DNA of 64,000 nt from Octopus vulgaris (taxonomy: Eukaryota): NCBI GenBank assembly GCA_951406725.2, contig OX597816.1:135098001-135162000 (forward strand), in the 5' to 3' direction. A model generated the notes under the pieces. It had not been told where the DNA came from and ran no database searches. It saw only the letters and a list, made by a program, of their open reading frames with translations. Made by a program: the position numbers and the translations under genes. Of this stretch, positions 51,146-63,870 are shown piece by piece; position 1 is the first letter of the stretch, and each line of letters starts with the position of its first letter.

Positions 51146-51360
51146 CCCTTTAGCATTCAGATTATTTTGCCAAATGTAATGCTTATTATTTACATTGCTT
51201 GGAATAACTCATGCATTTTGTAGCTCAAGACTTCAATGAAGTGACTGTTTATTTTTAGAATGATATTGTAGGGTAGGTGTGAGAGGTAGGATCTGGCCAG
51301 TTTGAACCTAAAACAGGTAGAATATTTTGGCCGGATATGGCTGGTTTAAATACTAAAGAG
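51146..51360. mobile_element. piggyBac-type MITE
   Basis: TTAA TSDs; same family as 35191-35397. Confidence 0.85.
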
Positions 51361-51757
51361 TTAATATTGTTTCAAAGTTTGGTACAGGACCAGCAATTTT
51401 AGTGGAATGATATTACTTGATTACATGAACCCCAGTACTATACTGGTACTTTATTTTATTGACCCTAAAAGGATGAAGGGCAAATTTGACCCCAGCACAT
51501 AATGAGCTGGAAGAAATGATGCTAAGTATTTTGTCTGACATGCTAACAATTAAGCCAGCTCACCACTTTATTAATGTTGCTCATCCACCAGACCATACTA
51601 ATATTCATTAACAGATACTATTTATGACTATTTCACACACTCTCTCTCATACACATCTACTATCTCTCTTTCTTTCTCACACACATGCACATACTCCTTT
51701 ACTCACAACTTTCACTCATAGAAACATAATCTCTTGCACAAAAACAACTCCCCACCT

Positions 51758-51794
<37 letters not shown>

Positions 51795-52520
51795 AACACA
51801 CACATACACAAATCTTGGGTAAGAGACTATTACCCGTTTGTTCCACCCTTCTTCATCTAAGTCATGTAAAAACAAAACAAAAACATTATCGCAAATACAC
51901 ACATGCATTTTCACTCTCTCTCTCTCTCACACACTCCTACACTGCACATTCTCCCACATGTTCTATCACTCATATAGACATGCAAAACAATGACAATAAA
52001 AACATAGAATTAAATGAAATCATCCAAAAGTAAATTGCCACATTTTAGAATCAAAGAACACTTGCAACATAAAAAAAAAACCCATCTCTCAAAAATCCTA
52101 CGCTCCTTGATTACCAACCAATAGTGACCTCTCCCACTTTTCAGTTCATGGTCTAGAGTTGCATATATGAGAATAGACCCATTCAAACCATCCAATCTGG
52201 CCACTTTCTATGAATTTCAAACAGAGCTTGGCTAATGGTAATGCTATGCCAAAAGGTTTATCAATCCTTAACTGTTGTTGCCTTCCACTTTAGTAAAACT
52301 GCTACACCATAAGCTTTTGGAGAGTTGTCTATAATTCTCAACCAAAGGTCCTCACAAATAGAGTGCAGAGTAGATCTTTATCAACACCTAGTGTATACCC
52401 CCAGAACATTGTTGCTAATGCCAGCTGCTTATATTCTGTAGAATGGAAGGATTGGTGTTCCACTAGCCATATTGTTAGACATATAGAGGACTGAGGGATA
52501 GTAATGTTCCAGATGCCAGA

Positions 52521-52523
<3 letters not shown>

Positions 52524-52577
<54 letters not shown>

Positions 52578-53075
52578 CCCTGATGCAGTACCAGACAGTG
52601 GCTCTCATGGCTTCTGATCTTAACTGATTGGAAGTGTTATCATGTACATTGTTTTGTCTTAGTATAAAAGATGGGCTACAGCAAATATTCTGTTCAATAC
52701 CACAGATTTGCTTGTCAGTTGTTTGACCGTAACCAGTTGACCATGTCCCTTAGTGGCTGACGATATGTGCATCTCTGATCACAAGCAGAAGTAGTGAGGG
52801 GCATCATAGCTGTGTGTTGAAAGGAATTCTTAGAGGTTTGGATAATTCACCTTTGGAAACATGGGAGGTTCGTTCAACATCCTTAAACAATCCTTATTCA
52901 GAGACCTTTTGAGCGGGATGGGCTACTCAACCAGAAGAAAATTCTAACTGGTCCCCACCTGCAAGGTCATGCAATGTTTATCTTGATATGAGATCACCAT
53001 GTCACCGTGCACATATGGTTGTGATGCATGTGCCTGGTGTACCGTTATCAGATAGGTAGTCATGATGGGTATACT
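52524..53075 (-). mobile_element. Repeat with (ATT)n tail inserted in an older CR1/L2-like remnant (about 52210-53430)
   Basis: (AAT)n at 52524-52576; the internal segment recurs at 57546-57700; the downstream flank has an RGPQ-like CR1 C-terminal remnant. Confidence 0.55.
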
Positions 53076-53604
53076 TGATGCATACTAAATATGACAACAA
53101 CTGTTCAACATAACTCCACAGGTCAGTAATGTTCAGACACTTGGAAAGCATGTAGAATAATTCCTTTGTTCTGATTGCATCCTGAACAGGCCTGTCAATA
53201 GCAATGGTTGTGGTGTTGGCAACAGTGCAAACTTTTCATTAGGCTGCCTTCTGTTACTGTGCACAGAGGGTCCTCAAGTAGTTGATGCTACTACATGAGT
53301 GGCATGTAGGCCTTCAATCTTTCATCGTAACATACTGATAGAGTCTGACTGAGAGCTTTTTAAAGATTGAAATTTTGTCCATGTTTCCAGTTTAACCTAG
53401 ATTAGGACTTTGATCCCAGTTCCCAGGTAGTATTTTTTAATATCTAGGAGTATAACATGGCTGAGTAGTTAAGAAGTTTGCTTCCCAACTATAAAGTTTA
53501 AGGTTCAGTCCCACAGTGTGGCACTTTGGGAAAGCGTCTTTTACTGTAGCCTTATGTATACCAAAGCCGTGTGATTGAAACTGGTAGACAAAAAGCAGAA
53601 AGAA

Positions 53605-53649
<45 letters not shown>

Positions 53650-53947
53650 TGTCTGTGTCTCTCTGTCTTTGTCTTTACATTGTGTGATAGTTGTAAGCGA
53701 GTGTGATCCATTTCCAGCCAAAAGGAAATATTACCTTACGTGGAAAAGGTGAGAATTAACAGCAGGAAGGGCATCTGGCCATAGAAAATCTGCCTTGGCA
53801 AACTCTGTCTGACCAAAGGAAGCATGGAAAAGTTGACGTTAAAACAATGACTATGATGATGATTATGATGTCTTCCTCTTAGACAACATATACTAAATGT
53901 TCAATCTTGGTAGCACATCATATATTTATAATAATAATAATAATAAA

Positions 53948-54226
53948 TTAATGGAAAATAAAGGTGAACACAATGCCAATTATTGCTGGATCCTTCGGAA
54001 CAGTATCAGAAAGCATCAGGAAGCATATAAAGGAAATCAGAATAGAGTGCCCAGTAGAGCTGATGCAAAAGGTTTGTCTCCTTGGTACAGCTAGAATAGT
54101 CAGAAAAATATTAGATAGTTGAAAAAAACAGATAGCATGATACCATAGGTTGCAGGTAGTAAGCCTGCTATGCATGCAAGACTTCAGGAGTTCCAACAAA
54201 ACCTGAATTAAAAGGAATAATAATAA
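53948..54226 (+). mobile_element. R4/Dong-like (RLE) LINE 3' fragment
   Basis: WKIKVNTMPIIAGSFGTV...LMQKVCLLGTARIVRKIL*; flanked by (AAT)n on both sides. Confidence 0.8.
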
Positions 54227-54235
54227 CAAAATTAC

Positions 54236-54399
54236 CCTTGGGTTTTCTTTTGCAACCATTGCAAACATCTGGATCAAACTTATACTCTCTTGTAGTTCAC
54301 ATGTATCCATGAGCCGTACCAATTCAGGAACATGGTCCAATATAACTTGTTTGTTATCAGGATAGACCTTTTGAAGGAGGAGAGTCAAAGCTGAGTTAC
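54236..54399 (-). CDS. VEPH1: VEPH1 coding exon 4
   Basis: gataaag|GT ... AGG|gtaatt; GNSALTLLLQKVY...LIQMFAMVAKENPR. Confidence 0.9.
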
Positions 54400-54829
54400 C
54401 TTTATCAAAAAGAGAACATGACAAACTGTTAAGATTCAGGATGTAAATCAGTAGAAAATCAGAGTATAAAAGACATCACAGTATAGACCATATGCAGCCA
54501 AAGCCTTATCAATGTTTAACCAATTCATTACACTCCAACTCTTATCACTGCCCACACTATCTCCCAAAATCCATACCAAACATTACACACAAGCATACAT
54601 TCTGAGGAGGACTACTGCTTTAAAGAACACTTTTTTACTCATGCTCCTAAAGTATATTATTCTATGCCTTGAACTCTGTATTAACCATAGATTTATCCAC
54701 TAACTCACCTACCCAATCAATCAGTAAATCTCTTTGGTCTAATAATGGTTACCTCGTTCAGATTAGGAACAGTATGCTACTTTCAGGGACAAAAACAAAA
54801 TTAAATAGTGCAAAGAAAATTTTCCATAA

Positions 54830-55160
54830 GGCACAGGTGTGGCTGTGTGGTAAGAAGCTTGCTTCTCTACCACATGGTTTGGAATATGATCCCACAGCAT
54901 GGCACCTTGGTCAAAGTGTCTTCTATTATAGCCTCAGATTGACCAAAATCTTGTGAGTAGATATGGTAAACAGAAACAAGCCCATCATGTGTGTGCATGC
55001 ATGTCCCTGTAACTTAGCAGTTAGAGCAAAACAGACTGATGGAATAATTATCAGGCTTTAAAAAATAAGTACTGGGGTCGATACATTTGACTAAAATTTC
55101 TTCAAGGCAGTGCCCCAGCATGGCCAAGGTCTAATGACTGAAACAAGTAAATATAAAAGA
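54830..55160 (+). mobile_element. SINE family K
   Basis: Head and end motifs; ends about 35 nt from the exon 3 donor. Confidence 0.8.
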
Positions 55161-55194
55161 TAAGCAACAAAGAAATATTCTGTAAGATAATTAC

Positions 55195-55369
55195 CTTTGA
55201 GAACACTGCTGATGATAAGCTCCATGTAGGAAGCCAACAAGGAAGAACAGCCAATGGCAGCCAAAGATAAATAACTGGAAACATTTCGTACTAATTCTTT
55301 ATTTTCACAATCCAGAAATTGCACAACTACTGGTAATGCTATTTCCATCACTCCCTTTTTAGTATAATT
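55195..55369 (-). CDS. VEPH1: VEPH1 coding exon 3
   Basis: ttctcag|AAT ... G|gtaatt; NYTKKGVMEIALPVVVQFL...NKELVRNVSSYLSLAAI. Confidence 0.95.
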
Positions 55370-56238
55370 CTGAGAAAAATAATAAATCAATAAATTATAC
55401 ATGTCAATTTGAAAAACTCTTACAGAATGTCAACCAATTCCTGGCAGCTGTATTAGCAAGAGACTCATAATAACAGATATAGTCTAAAATGTAACATGCT
55501 AAAGAACAGAATGGTGAAAGTTTCCAATTGACCTTTCTGATTTAAGTACTAATAGAACATAGCCTGAGTATACACATTATCTGGTATGTAAACAAAATTA
55601 ATTGAAAAATCTTCTCAGTTTTATTTTTCCGTCATTCATACTATTTTACTTCAGACAGTTAATACTCAAGTATCATGCTGACATAGACAAATAATAAATA
55701 TTTAATTACTGTCAGGCTACATTGAGAAGTTTAGATCAATTTTAAAAACTCAGAAAATACTAAATATAATTTTCATGATTAAAGAATTACAATAATTTCT
55801 AATGAAAGCAGAGTATTGATTGTAATAATTGTCAATCTAAAATATGAAAACTACAAAGTATTTCAGTATTGAAAACAATAGTCTTATATAAAAATTTTTT
55901 TTTTTGACAACTTCAGTGAAATATATTCAGAGGATAAAAATCTATTAGTGATGGTTGAAATTTTTCTTAATGTACAGGGTAACGATAAAATGTTCACTCA
56001 TACTGGACTATCAGCTGATAAACCATGAGCTGATGGTTTAGTTGGTATTTAGTTGTGTCTCTGCACAACACGCTTTACTCTATATCCTCAGTTCACCTAG
56101 CAATTAAAATAACTTTTTAACAAAAGGTCTCCCTTAGAATATATTACAAAACAATTCTTTAAAACTCTATTAATTGCCCTACTACTAATCACCTACACTG
56201 TAGCAATTTAGTATATATTAAAATGATATAAAATGTAC

Positions 56239-56383
56239 CATAAATAAACAGCTGAGAACATCTGATGCAATTTTAGCATGTGCTGGATCTTCATCCTTGC
56301 CACTTGGTTGCAGATTGTACTTGAGGCATACTTCCAACAAAGATATCATAGCATTGACATGACTGCTGATACTGTCTGTCTCT
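56239..56383 (-). CDS. VEPH1: VEPH1 coding exon 2
   Basis: ttgacag|A ... ATG|gtacat; RETDSI...[18 protein letters not shown]. Confidence 0.95.
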
Positions 56384-57359
56384 CTGTCAAAAATATGAAT
56401 AAACAGCATAGTATTTTTTTTTTCCTGAGAATTGCCAACATTTTTATTTGGGTTAAGTTTGTAGCTACATACAAAAGGTCAGAAGAGAAAAAATACACAG
56501 CTTAGAATAGAAGCATCCAGTAGCAGCAAATAGGAGAAAGTAAGATCAGATTAGAGATTATGGGGAAGAAACTTCATCAAGAGATTATTAATCTCAATAC
56601 AAAATGTAGCTCTAGAGAAGTTTTTCATATAAAGGTCAGGATTCTATAGAAACATAGAAAGATAGTTCTTGTGTATTGTTACTTTGTCAGAATAGGGCAG
56701 TTGCCGTCAAACTTCCAAAAAAAAAAAACATCAAAGTCATCTACCTCAAACTTTTCATGAAACCCATTTACGTTTTCTAACTATTAACCAGACAACCTAT
56801 ATTTGGAGAGGAATAGGCAATTTGTTGACATCTAATTTAAAATGCTGCATAAGTTAAATAAACCAAGTTAAAGAAATTTAATACTTCAGAGAGGTGGTTC
56901 AATTACCTGAAAATCAGATCAATGACAATCTAAACAGGATGCTTTTGTTTTAAAACTTTAGGGTCAAGGAAATCTTTAAATGGGCACTTAGCCTATTAGA
57001 AATAGCAACCAAATCACCTTCAAATCATACCTTACCAACCCAAAAAATAAAAAAAGGAAGACATATTGGACAACAGATTAGTTTCTGATTCATATGCCTG
57101 AGAATAAACATCCTGAAGACAAAATAGGATGATCATAGCAGGAATGCCTTTAATTAGAATTTTGTTCAGTGCTGGTAAGATGCTAAACAATAGCAACTCT
57201 AAATAATTTTTAATTAAAAAAAAAAAAGAAATTTTAAAATTCAATAAAAATTTTACTCTAAATACATTAAAATTTTATGAAAAAATAAAAGTTAAACTCA
57301 TTTCATGTTTGGCTCCAAGTAATATGGTGGATGCACATTACAATCACCAAGTTTTTTTT

Positions 57360-57800
57360 TTTTTTTGTCTTTGGCCTGTAAATGTTATTTCCTATTTTCT
57401 TCTATCTAGAAACCATATGAAATTACTACTATTCCCTTCAAACTTCGCTTTTGTGACCTGGACATCAATGATTTGAAACTGACCTATTTTCCATTACATT
57501 TCAGACAGATTCAGCAGTGAGTTGCTGAAGCAGAAATATCGTTATAGCAAATACCACAGATTTGCTTGCCAGTTGTATGACCTTAACCACTTGAGTATGT
57601 TCCTTAGTGGCTGACAATATGTGCATCTCTGATCATGAGTAGGAGTAGTGGAGAAGTATCATAGTGATATGTTGAGGCGGATTCTTTGGGGTTTAAATAG
57701 ATGTAACAAAAGCAAAGTTAGAAGGAAGTATTAGTCATTTTTCATACTTTCTAGGGGTAAGCAAACAGGAAATAACAGTTGTCACCCAAGGACAAAAATC
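57360..57800. mobile_element. MITE-like element with ~100-bp degenerate inverted arms
   Basis: TGTTATTTCCT...CTAGAAA...CCTTC.AACTT.GCTTTTGT.AC occurs on both strands (57360-57460 vs 57700-57800). Confidence 0.55.
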
Positions 57801-59320
57801 ATGTTACACAGTGTTATGTATATATAACATTAGACAGTGGATCTCTATTTTAGTCTGAGAAGCCAAATTTCAGCTAAATCTAGGGATATTTAAAAATTCC
57901 AAGAGAATAACTGAGAATTATTTGGTATCATCATCATCATCAAATAATATTTAGTATATCATCATCATCAATAAATGTAGCATAGTAATGGTAGTCAGAT
58001 AAGGAGAATGATAATGATATTAACAAATAAAAACATACAATCAGTCTTGTTCTAATTTCAGTTTACAAATTCTTAAAACTGGTAACAGAAGTCAAACAAA
58101 TGCATTTCAAATGTTATCAGTGACATTAGATTTTTACCATAAGTAGTAACATGTTTCCATTTTGATAAGGTTTATGATTAGGATTGCGGGATTGCCTTAG
58201 ACAAGTTCCAAGATAACCTAAGTAATATAATCATAAGTTAGTCATATAAATAATAATAGGTTTTTGTTCCTGTTTTTAGTAACTGTGAGTCATATAAATG
58301 AACCTGTAAATCTAAGGAGAAAAATGTAAATATAGAAGCATAAACTATGAAGTGGTAGGGTATTTATATCCTTAACCCTGATCAATTAAGACCTTACAGT
58401 CTATTTTGAGTCCATGAATAAGCAATTGATTGACAGTCATAAATTATTTCAACTGACCCTTGCTACAGTCTGTTCCCACAATACCTGCTTGTTTAATCTG
58501 TCGTCGTTTGTTTAATTGTATTACTAAAACACTAATTGTCAACTCTATACATAACTTAGAAGTTTTTTCTTTTTTTCACAATCTTTAGTTTTATTTCTCT
58601 AAAATATCAGGTTTTACTTTGATTTAAAAGATTTTGCTTTCTGAAAAGAGATCTGTTTCATTATTCTAATTTTATAAGATGGTCTTTGAGAATTTAATTT
58701 ATTTTCGCAAATTGATTACGAAGATGATAATGGAATACACTACAAAAAGTCATAGAGAAGGAAATACTAAGAAACTTAATATGGCAAACACAATGATTAA
58801 TTGAATCAATACATGTATTGACAAGGTAACATTGTTGAACAATGCCTAACAAAATCAAGGATGACAGTTCAAAGTATAAAAAAAAATATTTTAATTGAAA
58901 TTGGTCGATGCACTTCTAATTGTAATTGGAAATAGGTAATGGAGTGAGAAGGACAGATTCACCTTTAATAGACACAGTGACAACTCCAGACATGTTTTGG
59001 TCTTGGTATGCAAGTGTAATAAAATGTTAATTATAATAAAATTTATGCTATGCTTGCTCACCATCATTGAATTAATGTCAGTCATTTAATGATAATGATG
59101 CAACTCCTGACGTGATGAAAGTAAAAACATATGATGGAGAAGAAACTGCCCTACTTTTGATGTAGTTCACAGCAAATGAGAATCTTTGATCTAAAAACAA
59201 AACCCTAACAATCAATATTTTCATTTATTTATGTTTTATTTAGTTTATGTTCAATATTCTATTCAAAGCTGGATTGGAAAATAACAACTTCATACTTATG
59301 TTATTACAGAGAATACATAC

Positions 59321-59529
59321 CTGATTGCTGATGTGACTCTTGTTACACATATTTCTACAACACTCTGGTCATTACTGCTGGTTACATAATCAAAGCTGTC
59401 AACAATCTGACAAATGCGTTCAAGTACTTCAGTTAAATCATGCTGAATGTCTTTGTCCTCAAGAGAGAAAAGCTCTCCAGCCTTTGATAAATCTTTATCA
59501 TTGAGCACCAGAGCAAAGAGTTCCTGCAT
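59321..59529 (-). CDS. VEPH1: VEPH1 coding exon 1
   Basis: tttttcag|A ATG; MQELFALVLNDKDLSKAGELFSL...NDQSVVEICVTRVTSAIR is the VEPH1/Melted N-terminal signature; AG|gtatgt. Implies an unseen upstream UTR exon. Confidence 0.96.
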
Positions 59530-59547
59530 TCTGAAAAATACAGCAAG

Positions 59548-59615
<68 letters not shown>

Positions 59616-59623
59616 TGTGTATG

Positions 59624-59704
<81 letters not shown>

Positions 59705-59723
59705 ATATATGTATGTGTGTGTG

Positions 59724-59765
<42 letters not shown>
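59548..59765. repeat. Compound (TA)n/(TG)n microsatellite
   Basis: About 218 bp of alternating purine-pyrimidine with a two-fold higher-order structure. Confidence 0.95.
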
Positions 59766-59769
<4 letters not shown>

Positions 59770-59860
59770 TAATCCAAACGGGAAAACAGAAAAAACAACA
59801 ACACGTGGAACAATTACAGTATTATTATTATTAGGCGCTCAGGAAAATGGAAGAAGGAGG

Positions 59861-59895
59861 GTATGACGTTTCGAGCGGAGCTCTTCGTCGGAAAC
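59861..59895 (-). ncRNA. Putative degenerate minimal hammerhead ribozyme in a Penelope-like terminal fragment (about 59766-59960)
   Basis: GTTT-CCGACGA-A-GAGC(TCC)GCTC-GAAAC-GTC-ATAC. Confidence 0.5.
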
Positions 59896-61159
59896 ATAGG
59901 AGAAAGAAAGATCCCGAGACGGGAGGACAGAGGAAAAAAAATTGCAGGTAGTCTTCACGAGATGTAGTCATTCAAAGAAAATAAATGCTCCACAACCGAC
60001 TGGATTTTTGGAGAAATTAAATGATGCAGTAGATGGTGTACTAAACTACCACTTCAAAGGTTTTCATTTCAAATCTCCTGCACTATTTTACTGAATTTTT
60101 TAGACAGTATACTTAATTTAATTAACTCATTACATGACAAGAATTAGTTCTAGATCATCTATAAATGTTTCCCAAGATATATTCGTTGTTTATGACAGTA
60201 GAGATAAGCATCATGAAAGCAAAGGTTAAGTGCCAAATGTCTCTGAGTATAAAAATCATTTGCCATTTTAATTTTATGTTGAGGCACCACTGAAAAAAAT
60301 GCATTGGGCAATGAATGTCAATCAGGAAGTCAGTCTGTCAGAGAACACTGCTTTCAAAGCTAGCATTCATAATAATAATAGTGATCAGACTTCTTATAGC
60401 AGTCAGTTATATTTATAAGATTTATAGCAGTCAGTTATATTTTACAAGACTTACTAACAACAAAGTGGACTGTACATATGACAACTGTGTGAAATTTAAG
60501 GACAGAGCATAGTGCCAGTGATAAAATATAAACTGACAGCCTTTTTAGCCAATGGACTGATATTCCATTGATTTGTTCAACTTCAACCACCCTGCACCAT
60601 TTCAAGAAAAAGATTAGTGAAGAATGAAAGAATAGATAACTTTGGGTTTGTTTAAACATCTGTAATACTTAACTGGTTCTGTCAATCACATAGAGACCTT
60701 TCAGTTTTTCTATTTATTTTATTTTATCTAGTTTCAGCTCATGAGCCGTGGCCATGCTAGGGCACTGCCATTATTTATTTATTTATTTTTGAAAACCAAG
60801 TCAAAGAACCATTCTCCCTAAAAGAACTTTTATATCTTTTCCTATTATTTCATAATTTCTTCACAAATGAAAAGCAAAGTTGACTAGATATTTTTTTATG
60901 GTTTATTCAAGACTTGTGACATTTGCCTACCCTCTGAGACAAGTAATATAAATGTGGTTTGTGTTTAACCTACAAAAACCCAACATCTTCTGGAAAATCA
61001 TTGGGTGGGGATATTTTGAAATAATGGCATTCTAAGGATAAAGGATTGGTGAGAGTAGTTGTGTAAGACTAGTGTAGAAAGATGTAGTATGAATGACTAG
61101 AAGCAGAGAAATGAATGTGTCAGGTAGATATTGTAAGCAACTAGTTGGTTCCAAGAAGC

Positions 61160-62720
61160 AGAAGCTATTGTAATATTAGCAAAATAGTCAGGGTGAGAAG
61201 ACAATGTATGGGATTTAGATGGATTCCATAAGCAGATAGTTGCTCTGTTGCTCTTACATTAAACATGGTCAAAGGTTTTATGGTCACATCTAGTACAGCA
61301 GTTTTGATTTCATCAAATTTCTTAAAGGTGTGGGACCACTGATGAGGGACATGCAAGAGTATGCCCCTGATATATCTGGCTTTGCATGGTTTGTAGTGAT
61401 TGTTACTGAAGAAGGAGAGAAAGAGATTCAAGATTCTGGGAAGATGATTCTTAAAGACTAGCTATTTATAATCCTTGAAATGTTTATCATATTTGAGATG
61501 TTGGAATTGAGAGTGATAGGTTAGTAGTTAGCATGGGTAGAGTGGTTAGCCTTCTAGGGAACAGATCTTTGTAGAGGAAGAAAGGTTTAAGAATTTTGTA
61601 AGAACTTTGAAAACAGAATTATGAAGCAACACAATAAATAATACAAAGAATCTAGCAATAATCTCCACTAGCTGTAATGTGTCAATAACAGCAATTTTTT
61701 TAACAGTTCTTATTACTACTCCTCAAAAGTAAGGGATCAATAGAATGATTTATATCTAGGTACTTCATTATTAAAGCTATTGACTTGCTCCATGCCAAAG
61801 ATTAAAATCTGAGAGGTGAGAGAGGCATCCTGCTTCATCATCATATGTAAATAGTATAAACTTAGACTTTCAGTTGAAACTCATATCAGCAAAAAAAGTG
61901 CAATAGTTATTTTGCTCCCTTTTGTCATTTATCACTGGTTTCCAACTGTCTTCTCTTATTTCTATTCAGAAACTTCCACAACAGCCATGTATACAAACAG
62001 GCCACTCTACAATGAATATTACCAACAGTAGTGAATCCAAGGTTTGGCTATATCCCCCCACAATCTTCCTTCTGTACATTAATGACCTATTTTCAGTCAC
62101 TTAACAACATTCATACGTAGATAGTACAGCTCGTCACTACTTAACTTTGTGCATACAGGCATCATCTAAACGTAACTAAAACACTTCATGCCAGATCTAT
62201 ATTATCTCCATGAACAGAGACCTTGAGTAGCATTCTTCAAACACTCTAGTATCTTTTGATAGCAAAAACATAATCACTTCATACATGAAGAAAACTCTCT
62301 TTGCACATAAACAATATACAACTAAAACTCACACGTTGCCCAGAGTGCTAGACTTTACAATTATTAGACATCTATAACATTACCAAAATTGCAGCAACAA
62401 ACACTAGTATTCCTCTTTAGAATCAGAAAAATTTCATGTGCCCAGTTTGGGGTGCTCTACAAAGTTTGCATTGGAATACTGGTCCTATATCTGGGATAGT
62501 ACAACATTCTTAAACTACTAACTCACAGACAGGCTGTTTTCCATGTTCTGCCAAACTCAATGGTCTCTACTCTTCTGAACTTAATTAACTGCATACCTCA
62601 TACACAGTTCCACCAAGCACATCCATTACTCTTCCTTACATCACCCTTGCTGAATCTTAGCATCCAAGACCTGCACTTTCTAAAATCTACAATCCCTCCC
62701 TGCTCACATTTTCCCAGTAG
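61160..62720. mobile_element. Old CR1/L2-like LINE remnants (minus 61160-61560, plus 61920-62720)
   Basis: PTIFLLYINDL and YVDS (YADD-like) on plus; W.H...E...AVLDV.. on minus. Confidence 0.55.
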
Positions 62721-62722
62721 AT

Positions 62723-62942
62723 CCCTTTAGCATTTAAATCACCCATATCTGGACCAAATATCCTTTCTGTTTTATGTTCAAACTGGTCAAATCCAGCCTT
62801 TCATATCTACACTACAATGTCATTCTAAAAATAAACAATTACACCACTGAAATCTCAAAGTTACAAGACAGTGCATGAGTAATTCAAAATAATGTGGACA
62901 TATAAACATTAGATTTGACAGAGTAATCTGAATGCCAAAGGG
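62723..62942. mobile_element. piggyBac-type MITE, opposite orientation
   Basis: CCCTTTAGCATT ... AATGCCAAAGGG|TTAA. Confidence 0.8.
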
Positions 62943-63111
62943 TTAACCTACAGGTGTTCAAAAAGACCATCATATTTCACCAGTCTTAGCTTGCAAAAGT
63001 TATGGGTACTGCTTCTCCTCCACAGTTTAAAAAGGAATGCCACATATATACATTACATTAACCTATATCACATATCTGAAACATATCTCACATATCTTTT
63101 CTTCTTTTCTA

Positions 63112-63318
63112 CTCTAGACACAAGACCCAAAATTTTGGGGGAGGGGGCCAGTTGATTAGATCAACCCCAGTACACAACTAGTACTTAATTTATCAACCCC
63201 CGGAAGGATGAAAGGCAAAGTTGACCTCAGCAGAATTTGAACTCAGAACATAAAGACAGACGAAATACTGCTAAGCATTTCGCCCAGCATGCTAACATTT
63301 CTGCCAGCTGGCCACCCT
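63112..63318 (-). mobile_element. SINE family M
   Basis: Full core with CpG decay. Confidence 0.8.
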
Positions 63319-63661
63319 GAAAACACAATGATTGTTTTCCAACACAATTGGATAGCAAGAGAAAAATGAGCCTTAACAACAACACAGCATTTAGACTGAA
63401 TGCTAATCAGACCATGAATTTATAATTAAAAAGAAATATGCTGTCACATTTCTTTAACATTTGTAAGTTTAAACTAATATTTCCAACAAACATATAGATT
63501 CTACAAGTAAACCTGAAATAATAATAAGTTAAAATATTAACTGATGTATACTATACAAATAGGTACTTTGCCTCTAAGTTGAGATTATATCAAATATATT
63601 GCAAACATAACCAAGTTAACAGATAATAATCTGTTCTTGTATTATATTTATAACTAAAAGA

Positions 63662-63870
63662 AACGGTGAGCTAGTAGAATTACTGAACAAAATGCTTAAC
63701 AGTATTTCTTCCAGCCTCACATTCTGAGATCAAATGTCACTGAGGTTGACTTTGTCTTTCATCCCTTTGGAGGTTGATAAAATAAGTACCAATTGAACAC
63801 TGGGGTCAATGTAATTGACTAGCACCTCCCCACAAAATTTCTGGCCCCGTACCTTTGGTAGAAAGAATTA
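63662..63870 (+). mobile_element. SINE family M
   Basis: Core GTTGACTTTGTCTTTCATCCCTTTGGAGGTTGATAAAATAAGTACC. Confidence 0.75.

Noticed and set aside
59447-59866. ORFs rich in CV/YI repeats (also 48062-48352, 37296-37609, 49448-49765)
   Set aside because: Translations of microsatellites.
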